From Gemmatimonadaceae bacterium (GTDB taxonomy: Bacteria; Gemmatimonadota; Gemmatimonadetes; Gemmatimonadales; Gemmatimonadaceae), in assembly GCA_040902005.1 (NCBI GenBank), contig JBBDYA010000030.1, forward strand, positions 1-12,394: a stretch of DNA of 12,394 nt. Reading direction: 5' to 3'. The position numbers were made by a program, and so were the translations under genes. The notes under the pieces are model-generated. The model ran no database searches, had not been told where the DNA came from, and saw only the letters and a list, made by a program, of their open reading frames with translations. Shown here piece after piece: positions 1-6,711 of this stretch. How positions within the stretch are numbered: position 1 is the first letter of the stretch; each line of letters begins with the position of its first letter.

Positions 1-24
1 CAGGGACAGCAGGGACAGCAGGGA
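1..24 (+). repeat. 9-bp coding tandem repeat (CAGGGACAG)n encoding QGQ repeats
   Basis: cagggacag cagggacag caggga at the window start; probably continues upstream. Confidence 0.7.
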
Positions 25-462
25 CGCGGCGAAGGGCAGGGGCAGGGACAGGAGGGTCGCGAGGGTAGTCCGGGCGGCGGCGGCGGCGCGAATCGTGGCG
101 GCGGCGGGCTGCCCGGCGGCGGCGGCGCTCAGACCGAACGCGAGCTGCGCGAGCGGCTCAACGACGCGCGCGCGTTGCGTCGCGAGTTGGCGAACCGCGG
201 CGTGGACCTGTCGCAGCTGGACCGCGCGATTGCCCGCATGCAGGGACTCGCGGGGGAGGGCACGGCAGGCGATCCGCGCGCCGAGCGCGAGCTTCGCCAG
301 CAGGTGATCGAGGGACTGCGCGCGTTCGAGTTCACGCTGGGGCGCGTCTTCGGTGACCGTTCCGGCGAGCGCGCGTTGGTGGATCGCACGGGCGAGATTC
401 CGCCGGAGTACCGCAAATACGTTGAGGAGTACTACCGGTCTCTCGGGAGAGCCAAGCCGTAG
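1..462 (+). CDS. 3' end of a large protein (5'-truncated by the window): Gln/Gly-rich low-complexity region, helical segment and C-terminal 'PPEYRKYVEEYYRSL' motif; DUF4175-like
   Basis: Frame 1 is open from base 1 (QGQQGQQGRGEGQGQGQEG...GGGGAQTERELRERLNDARALRRELANRG...) to TAG at 460-462. The C-terminal PxxYRxxVExYYxxL pattern is typical of long coiled-coil proteins of this type. Family assigned from memory only. Confidence 0.75.
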   Translation, partial: QGQQGQQGRGEGQGQGQEGREGSPGGGGGANRGGGGLPGGGGAQTERELRERLNDARALRRELANRGVDLSQLDRAIARMQGLAGEGTAGDPRAERELRQQVIEGLRAFEFTLGRVFGDRSGERALVDRTGEIPPEYRKYVEEYYRSLGRAKP

Positions 463-496
463 CAGCGTCGCGGAACGGGCGGCAGGGACGCGCCGG

Positions 497-1117
497 TCAC
501 GGTCGCGACAACTTTGGCGGCCGTTTGCCGTGCCTCACCGCGTTCTGGACTGGCACGTACTCCAGCTCGCGTCCCTCGTTCACGCAGCGGAGCATCAGCC
601 CCCCGCGACTCATGTCGCCCCGCCCCACAAAATCGCGCGGAAACAGCAACCGCTCGCCGAAGATGCTCGTCAGCGGCCCGACGTATTTGTCCGTGGCGAT
701 GCTGCCGAGCAGCACCACACTGGCGCTGCTCTCGATTTCGCGTGCCAGCCCCGTGGCGTCTCGCAGCAGGGGCTCTGTGAACGCGGCCGCTCCCCATCCA
801 GCGCTCAGATCCACACTGGCGAACGCCTCGAGATCGGGGGGGCGTACCCGGTGCTCCGGGGACAGGAGGCCGCGATTCGTCGTGATGATCCGCACGGGCT
901 GCGCGGCAGTGTTCGCCGTCGCGAACGCCTGCGCGTATGCAAGCTTGCCGCGGAAATAGAGGCCGCTCAGGAACGCGAATACATCCCCCAGCGGGGCCCC
1001 CTCGCGCTGGTTGAGCTGCACGGCAAGCGGGAACTCGGCGCGAGTGCTCAGCAGTGTCGTCGCACGTCGCCCATCGCAGCGGGCGGGAGAGAGCAGAAAA
1101 ACGCGTTTGAGAGTCAT
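497..1117 (-). CDS. Conserved hypothetical protein (206 aa), possibly a distant YaaA/DUF328-like protein
   Basis: ATG at 1117 (MTLKRVFLLSPARCDG...), TGA at 497-499. Globular-looking sequence with motifs FLSGLYFRGKLAYA, VVLLGSIATDKY and GRGDMSRGGLMLR. An alternative start lies at 1150. Confidence 0.8.
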   Translation of the reverse strand: MTLKRVFLLSPARCDGRRATTLLSTRAEFPLAVQLNQREGAPLGDVFAFLSGLYFRGKLAYAQAFATANTAAQPVRIITTNRGLLSPEHRVRPPDLEAFASVDLSAGWGAAAFTEPLLRDATGLAREIESSASVVLLGSIATDKYVGPLTSIFGERLLFPRDFVGRGDMSRGGLMLRCVNEGRELEYVPVQNAVRHGKRPPKLSRP

Positions 1118-1167
1118 TGGCGGCCGTAATATCTCGCGGGGAACGCGCATTGCGATACCACAGGGTG

Positions 1168-2100
1168 ATGCAGCAGCGCCCCCCCCCCCACTTCCTCACT
1201 TTCAGGCGCGCCGTCGCGCTCGGGTCGGCCGGCTTCCTCATCTTCGCCTGCAACCAGTCGCCGACCAGCGCGGCCGCGGCCGCGTCCGTCAGCGCCAAGG
1301 TAGCTCAGGTCGCCGCGGCGCTCACCGGGCAGGACGCGCCGATGGCCGCCGAGGCGGAGGACGGTCGCTGGCTCGGCTTCGACACGCACACCTACCCTGG
1401 CGACGACAAGATGCGCGTCTGGAAGTATGCCGCCAACGCGCCGTATCACTGGGTGGGTTTCTACCTGCCAGACGCCCCCTGCCACAAGGGATCGTCGTGG
1501 GGCGGCAAGCGGCAGACGCTCACCGACATGGGATGGGGCATCGCCGTCGTCTACGTTGGGCAGCAGACGTGGGGGCGCACCCCCACCACTCTCACCCCGG
1601 CCCAGATGGCCAGGCATCGCGCGAAGGGCGTCACGTGCGACGCCGACTACACCAGCGCCGACCGCGGCGTGCAGGAAGGAATCGACGCGATCCAGAAAAC
1701 CGAGGCGGAGGGGTTTCGCCACGGCCGGGTGATCTTTCTCGACATCGAACGCATGGAGCGCATGCCTGCACGCATGAGGGAGTACTATCGTGCGTGGGTG
1801 ACCACCGTCCTGACGGACGGCCGCTACGTGCCGGGGATCTACGTGCACACCCACAACGCGCAGGACGTCTACGACGACGTGAAGGCGCTCTTCGTCGCCG
1901 CGGGCCGCACGGACGAACCGCGCTTCTGGATCGCGAGTGCCCGGGACTTCTCGCCCGACAAGGCGCCGCGGGACGTGGGCCACGACTTCGCCGGCATGTG
2001 GCAGGGTGTGATCGACGTGGTGCGCCGGGTGGCCGACGTGGCCCTGCCGATCGACATCAACGTATCGAACTGGCCGTCGCCTTCTGATATCGGTGACTGA
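1168..2100 (+). CDS. DUF1906 (Rv2525c-like, GH25-related TIM-barrel) putative peptidoglycan glycoside hydrolase, predicted lipoprotein
   Basis: Motifs GFDT..YPG, WVGFYL, GWGIAVVYVGQQ, IFLDIE (DxE), GIY, FWIA, WQG and DINVS. N-terminal RR, hydrophobic stretch and LIFA-C lipobox. Start chosen at ATG 1168; GTG at 1165 is also possible. Confidence 0.85.
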   Translation: MQQRPPPHFLTFRRAVALGSAGFLIFACNQSPTSAAAAASVSAKVAQVAAALTGQDAPMAAEAEDGRWLGFDTHTYPGDDKMRVWKYAANAPYHWVGFYLPDAPCHKGSSWGGKRQTLTDMGWGIAVVYVGQQTWGRTPTTLTPAQMARHRAKGVTCDADYTSADRGVQEGIDAIQKTEAEGFRHGRVIFLDIERMERMPARMREYYRAWVTTVLTDGRYVPGIYVHTHNAQDVYDDVKALFVAAGRTDEPRFWIASARDFSPDKAPRDVGHDFAGMWQGVIDVVRRVADVALPIDINVSNWPSPSDIGD

Positions 2101-2112
2101 GGCTTGACCCCT

Positions 2113-2256
2113 GTTCTCGGCCCGCGCCTTCGGCGCGGTACGTTCTCGGCGGCGCTGCGCGCCGGTCGGCGGGCACCCGTCCATTTCAAAGCGCCGTTGC
2201 AGGCGCCGAGAACGAACCCGGGGTCGCAAAAGCTCTTTGCGACCCCGGCCGAGAAC
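2113..2256. repeat. Cluster of four hairpin + GCCGAGAAC REP-like units (two on the minus strand, two on the plus strand, tails pointing outward)
   Basis: GTTCTCGGC at 2113-2121 and 2142-2150; GCCGAGAAC at 2205-2213 and 2248-2256. Each is adjacent to a GC-rich hairpin. Confidence 0.85.
2218..2248. terminator. Perfect 13-bp hairpin between convergent genes; possible bidirectional terminator or 3' stabiliser
   Basis: CCGGGGTCGCAAA-AGCTC-TTTGCGACCCCGG. There is no U-tract after the stem, so intrinsic termination is uncertain. It is also the hairpin of the fourth repeat unit. Confidence 0.45.
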
Positions 2257-2273
2257 GTCAGTTGTACGAGCGG

Positions 2274-2954
2274 TTACGGCGAGCGGTACTGCGTCTGCAG
2301 CTGACTGCGATAGGCATCGCTGGCGTAGATCGCCACTTCGACGCGCCGGTTCTGCGCCTGACCCGTCGCCGTTTCATTCGACCCAACCGGCTCGCTTTCG
2401 CCCAGGCCGATGGTCTGCATGCGCGTCGCGGTCACGCCGCGCGACACGAGATACTGCGCCGTGGACTGCGCCCGCCGCTGTGAGAGCCGCGCGTTGTACT
2501 CGTCGCTTCCCACCGCGTCCGTGTGTCCCGCGATCAGCAGGCTCGAGTTGGGGAACTTGTCCAGGCTCGCCGCCAGGTTGTTGAGGTTTTGCGCGGCGGT
2601 GGACTTGATCGCTTCCGAGTCAAAATCGAAAAGCAGTCCGGATTCGAACGTGACCTGGATCCCCTCGCCCACACGCTCGACGATTGCTCCGGGAATATTC
2701 TGCTCCAGCTCCTTGGCCTGCTGGTCCATCTGGTGGCCGATCACGCCGCCGACCACGCCCCCAACCACGGCGCCGATGATGGCGCCCTTCGCGGTGGATC
2801 CCTGATGCTTACCGATGACGCCGCCAGCGGCTCCGCCAACCGCCGCGCCAATGACGGCGCCGCGCTCGCGCTGGCCCATGGACTGGCAGCTGGCAAGCGT
2901 AAGTGCCGCCAACGCCAGCGCGGACGTTCCGCGCAGGAAAGGTGTGTAACGCAT
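2274..2954 (-). CDS. OmpA-family lipoprotein (glycine zipper + OmpA-like peptidoglycan-binding domain; YiaD-like), 226 aa
   Basis: ATG at 2954 with GGAG upstream. Lipobox LAS-C; GAVIGAAVGGAAGGVIG zipper; LLFDFDS, AGHTD..G...YN..LS.RRA and NRRVE motifs. Confidence 0.95.
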   Translation of the reverse strand: MRYTPFLRGTSALALAALTLASCQSMGQRERGAVIGAAVGGAAGGVIGKHQGSTAKGAIIGAVVGGVVGGVIGHQMDQQAKELEQNIPGAIVERVGEGIQVTFESGLLFDFDSEAIKSTAAQNLNNLAASLDKFPNSSLLIAGHTDAVGSDEYNARLSQRRAQSTAQYLVSRGVTATRMQTIGLGESEPVGSNETATGQAQNRRVEVAIYASDAYRSQLQTQYRSP

Positions 2955-2995
2955 GTTGTGATTCTCCGTGCTTGAGTGGGAATCACATTGTGACT

Positions 2996-3011
2996 TGCAT
3001 GGGGGGTGCCA
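2996..3011 (-). promoter_or_regulatory. Putative sigma54 (-24/-12) promoter for the OmpA-family gene
   Basis: Minus strand reads TGGCACCCCCCATGCA against consensus TGGCAC-N5-TTGCW, with exact GG-N10-GC spacing, about 40 nt upstream of the ATG. Confidence 0.6.
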
Positions 3012-3068
3012 TTGAGGTGGGAAGCGTGCTCGGCAGACGTCCCCCCGCCGCACCTGGTTGCAGGGCTT

Positions 3069-3172
3069 GCCGACCGGCGCGCAAAGCGCGCCGCCGAGAA
3101 CGTACCGGGCCGCGCGCAGCGCGGACCGCCGAGAACCCGCGAGGCCGCGCGCAGCGCGGACCGCCGAGAACC
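3069..3172 (+). repeat. Three tandem hairpin + CCGCCGAGAAC units with a 35-bp period
   Basis: CCGCCGAGAAC at 3091, 3126 and 3161. Identical 30-mers GGCCGCGCGCAGCGCGGACCGCCGAGAACC at 3108-3137 and 3143-3172. The cluster lies immediately downstream of the fhs stop. Confidence 0.9.
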
Positions 3173-3175
3173 GCT

Positions 3176-4849
3176 CTAGAACAGCCCCACCACCTCACCG
3201 CTCCCAAGCTTCGCGATTCGCTCGGCGGCGGGCTCCTTGGGCAGCCCGGGCATCGTCATGATCTCCCCGGCGCGCGCGACCACGAATCCGGCGCCCGCGG
3301 AGGGCGTGACTTCGTTGATCGTGATGGTGAAGCCCGACGGCCTGCCGAGCACAGTCGGATCGTCTGTCAATGAATACTGCGTCTTCGCGATGCACACCGG
3401 CGTGTTCCCCAGGCCGATGGACGTGAGGTACTCGATCGAGCGTTCCGCCGTCGCGCTGAATGCCACCCCGTCGCCGCCGTACACCTTTCGCACGATGGTC
3501 TCGATCTTCTCCTTGATCGGCAGCTCCGTGGCGTAGATCGGACGGTACCTGGCCTCCTTGCTGTCCAGCAGCTTGAGCACCTCCGCGGCAACCGCCTCGC
3601 CCCCCGCGCCGCCCCGCGCCCAGACCTCGCATAGCGCCACGGGCGCGCCGAGCTTTTCCACGAAATCCATCACCATTTTCAGCTCGCGATCGGTGTCCGA
3701 CGATACGCGGTTGACGGCAACCACCACGGGCACACCGAACTGCCTCACGTTCTCGATGTGCTTCTGCAGGTTCGGCAACCCGCGCTCCAGCGCGCCCATG
3801 TCCTCGGTGGTGAGCGACTTTTTGTTCGCGCCCCCCTGCATCTTGAGCGAGCGCACCGTGGCGACCAGCACCGCCGCCTCCGGATTCAGCCCGCCAAAGC
3901 GGCACTTGATGTCGAAGAACTTCTCGGCGCCCAGGTCGGACCCGAACCCCGCTTCGGTGACCACGTAGTCCGCCAACGCGAGCGCCGAACGCGTCGCGAG
4001 AATGGAATTGCAGCCGTGCGCGATGTTGCCGAACGGTCCCGCGTGGACGAACGCGGGTCCGCCCTCCAGCGTCTGTACCAGGTTGGGGCGGATCGCATCG
4101 GAGAGCAGCAGCGCCATGGCGCCGGCCGCCTTGAACTCGCCCGCGCGCACCGGCGCCTTTGACGAGCCCTCGGTCGCGCCGACGATGATCCGCGCGAGCC
4201 GGTTCTCGAGGTCCTGATAGCTGGTCGCGAGCGCGACGATGGCCATGATCTCGCTGGCCGGCACGATCACCCACCGTTCTTCGCGCACGATGCCGTTGGC
4301 CACGCCGCCCAGGCCGATGACCGCCTGCCGTAGCGCACGGTCGTTCATGTCGATGGCGCGCGGCCAGGTGATGCGCCGCGGATCGATCCGGAGCGCATTC
4401 CCCTGCGTCAGGTGATTGTCCAGCAGCGCCGAGAGAAGGGAGTGCGCGCTCGTGATCGCATGGAAGTCGCCGGTGAAGTGCAGGTTGATGTCCTGCATCG
4501 GCAGGAGTTGTGCGTAGCCACCCCCCGCCGCGCCCCCCTTCATGCCGAACACCGGGCCCAGGCTCGGCTCGCGCATGCAGAGCACCGCGTTCTTGTTCAT
4601 CCGGCGCAGCGCCTGCGTGAGACCCACGGTCACCGTGCTCTTCCCTTCGCCCGCGGGCGTCGGATTCATCGCGGTGACCAGGATCAGCCGGCCCTTCACA
4701 GGCCGTTCGGCGATCTCCAGCGGGATTTTTGCCTTGTACTTGCCGTATTGGTCCAGGTCGTCGGTGCCCAGCCCGAGGTCCGCGGCGACGTCAGTGATCG
4801 GACGCGGCCGCGCCGCCTGCGCGATCTCGATATCTGATGGTACCGTCAT
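3176..4849 (-). CDS. fhs: Formate--tetrahydrofolate ligase (FTHFS), 557 aa
   Basis: MTVPSDIEIAQ start; TAMNPTPAGEGKST P-loop, REPSLGPVFGMKGGAAGGGY, INLHFTGDFHAI, HAGPFGNIAHGCNS, TEAGFGSDLGAEKF, CIAKTQYS, MTMPGLP and terminal GLF. Confidence 0.98.
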   Translation of the reverse strand: MTVPSDIEIAQAARPRPITDVAADLGLGTDDLDQYGKYKAKIPLEIAERPVKGRLILVTAMNPTPAGEGKSTVTVGLTQALRRMNKNAVLCMREPSLGPVFGMKGGAAGGGYAQLLPMQDINLHFTGDFHAITSAHSLLSALLDNHLTQGNALRIDPRRITWPRAIDMNDRALRQAVIGLGGVANGIVREERWVIVPASEIMAIVALATSYQDLENRLARIIVGATEGSSKAPVRAGEFKAAGAMALLLSDAIRPNLVQTLEGGPAFVHAGPFGNIAHGCNSILATRSALALADYVVTEAGFGSDLGAEKFFDIKCRFGGLNPEAAVLVATVRSLKMQGGANKKSLTTEDMGALERGLPNLQKHIENVRQFGVPVVVAVNRVSSDTDRELKMVMDFVEKLGAPVALCEVWARGGAGGEAVAAEVLKLLDSKEARYRPIYATELPIKEKIETIVRKVYGGDGVAFSATAERSIEYLTSIGLGNTPVCIAKTQYSLTDDPTVLGRPSGFTITINEVTPSAGAGFVVARAGEIMTMPGLPKEPAAERIAKLGSGEVVGLF

Positions 4850-4901
4850 GGTCTCAGGAGGGGGGGGGACGAATTGGTGGGGAATGGAAGAGCGGAGGTG
4901 T

Positions 4902-5741
4902 TCACTCGATACGCGCGCGATGCGTGTAGACGTTGGCGCTCCGCCCGCGCAACAACCCCACGAGCGTGATGCCGCACTCCTCGGCAAGTTGTACGGCGAG
5001 CGCGGTCGGGCGGGAGACGGCGGCCAGCAGGGGAATGTTCGCGACCGCCGCCTTCTGCACCAACTCGTAGCTTGCGCGGCTGGTCACGACGAGAAAGCCC
5101 TGGCTCGCGTCGGTGCCCCCGCGCAACAGGGCGCCCAGCACCTTGTCCACAGCGTTGTGACGTCCAACGTCCTCACGCACGACGCGAAGCGTGCCGTCCG
5201 GCGACGCCCACGCGGCCGCGTGGATCGCGTGGGTGTCGCGGTTCAGCTGCTGCTCCCCCCCCAGTGATTCGCCGGCGCGCCAGAGCGCATCGGGCGACAC
5301 CACCAGCGTGGACCGCACAGGTCGCGGCTCGCGCAGTGCGTCGCCAATGGCCTCCACGCCGCACAGTCCGCAGCCGGTTCGCCCTACGATCGCGCGTCCG
5401 TGGTCCGGCAGTCGCCCGGCCGCCTCGGCGGTGATCTCGACCTGGAGCTCGATGCCGCGCGCGTACCGCACGACGTCGGTGCGCCTGATCTCGGCGGCGC
5501 CCGCGATCTCCTCTGAGACCGTGAAGCCGATCGCGAAGTCCTCCAGGTCGGCGGGCGTGCACATCATCACCGCGTGCGGGCGTCCGTTGTACACCAGCGC
5601 GACAGGCACCTCGGCGGCGAGCGGCGCTTCCTGCGCTGCCGACGGCTCCTCACCCAGGCGCGTGAACGCGTGTGTGACAACCGGATCCGAATAGCCGAGC
5701 GGGGGCAGGGATGCAACCACTTCCCGTTTCCCCGTTCCCAT
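4902..5741 (-). CDS. fdhD: Formate dehydrogenase accessory sulfurtransferase FdhD
   Basis: EVPVALVYNG, MMCTP.DLEDFAIGF, TGCGLCG (CxxC), REDVGRHNAVDKVLG, SRASYELVQKA and AAVSRPT. The start is uncertain: ATG 5759, ATG 5741 or GTG 5720. Confidence 0.95.
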   Translation of the reverse strand: MGTGKREVVASLPPLGYSDPVVTHAFTRLGEEPSAAQEAPLAAEVPVALVYNGRPHAVMMCTPADLEDFAIGFTVSEEIAGAAEIRRTDVVRYARGIELQVEITAEAAGRLPDHGRAIVGRTGCGLCGVEAIGDALREPRPVRSTLVVSPDALWRAGESLGGEQQLNRDTHAIHAAAWASPDGTLRVVREDVGRHNAVDKVLGALLRGGTDASQGFLVVTSRASYELVQKAAVANIPLLAAVSRPTALAVQLAEECGITLVGLLRGRSANVYTHRARIE

Positions 5742-5748
5742 TTCCCCG

Positions 5749-6711
5749 TCACTTCCCATGCACGTACCGCCAGCCGAACCGCCCCTTGATGCACAGGTTG
5801 CCCAGCGTGATGGAGTTCTCCAGCGGCGACGTTGCCTTCATGATCTGGTCGTCCTGCACGTGCAGCGTGAGCGTGCATCCAACGCCGCAGTACGGGCAGA
5901 TCGTGTCCACCGTGGTCTGCGCCTCCTCCTTCCATTCGCCCGCGGCGCGCGCGTCGTATTCCTGCTTTGCCATGAGGGCGCCGGTGGGACAGACGGCGAT
6001 GCAGTTCCCGCAGTACACGCAGGCGGAGTCCGGCAGGGGCACCGCGAACTCCGTCGAGATGCGCGCGTCGAATCCGCGTCCCGCGACGGCGATCGCGAAC
6101 GTGTTCTGATGGTCCGGCCCGCAGGCCTCCACGCACTTGTAGCAGAGGATGCACTTGCCGTAGTCGCGCACATACAGGTCGTTGTCCACCTTCGTGGGTT
6201 GCGCGACCGTCGCCGCATGATCGGGATCCGGCGGCGCGTGATGTCCGGGGACGAGCGCATCGCGCGCGCCGGCCGCAGCCGGCGGGGCGGGGGGGCCGAA
6301 CCGTTCGGGCGCCGCGCGATACTCGTCCATCCAGCGTGCCACATCCTCGGTGGCCGACAGGTCCACGGACGACGCCAGCATCTCGAGCACCAGCTTGCGG
6401 CTCAGGTCCACCCTCGGGCTGCGCGTCTTCACCACCATGCCGGGTTCCACCGGACGCGAACAGGCCGGCGTCAGGACGCGGGCGCCCTCGAGCTCCACCA
6501 CGCAGATGCGGCAGACGTTCACCGGCTGCAGCGTCTCCAGATAGCATAGGGTCGGGATCTCGATGCCGAGCGTGGCGCACGCGCCAAGGATGGTCGTGCC
6601 TTCGGGGACACGGACCGGTGTCCCGTCGATCGTGAGCTCCACTTGCGCCCTGGGCGTACCGCGCCGCTCGATGCGGTACAGTGATTCGTTGCGTGGCTGG
6701 ATCGCCGTCAT
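5749..6711 (-). CDS. FDH iron-sulfur subunit (NuoG/FdsA N-terminal-like): [2Fe-2S], 2x[4Fe-4S] and a C-terminal Mo/W-bisPGD-type [4Fe-4S] domain, 320 aa
   Basis: PTLC..VCRICVVE..PAC ([2Fe-2S]); CILCYKCVEAC and CVYCGNCIAVCP; CPYCGVGC...LCIKGRFG. Its ATG overlaps the upstream stop (ATGA, 6708-6711). Confidence 0.93.
   Translation of the reverse strand: MTAIQPRNESLYRIERRGTPRAQVELTIDGTPVRVPEGTTILGACATLGIEIPTLCYLETLQPVNVCRICVVELEGARVLTPACSRPVEPGMVVKTRSPRVDLSRKLVLEMLASSVDLSATEDVARWMDEYRAAPERFGPPAPPAAAGARDALVPGHHAPPDPDHAATVAQPTKVDNDLYVRDYGKCILCYKCVEACGPDHQNTFAIAVAGRGFDARISTEFAVPLPDSACVYCGNCIAVCPTGALMAKQEYDARAAGEWKEEAQTTVDTICPYCGVGCTLTLHVQDDQIMKATSPLENSITLGNLCIKGRFGWRYVHGK

Noticed and set aside
353..2229. 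Alternative ORFs 353..1129, 432..1298, 1011..2087 and 1114..2229
   Set aside because: Arg/Ala/Pro-rich off-frame or antisense shadows overlapping better-supported genes.
2104..2304. 66-aa ORF sharing the peptide FSAALRAG with the NuoEF linker
   Set aside because: The shared peptide is only the translated DNA repeat. It has a TTG start without a convincing RBS and overlaps the ompA 3' end.
2957..2987. CRP/FNR site from TGTGA...TCACA
   Set aside because: The half-sites are 21 nt apart rather than 6; an RNA hairpin explains it better.
3069..3172. 35-bp periodic repeats as a mini-CRISPR array
   Set aside because: The identical 30-mers are separated by only 5 nt, units occur in both orientations and inside a CDS, and there are no cas genes or leader.
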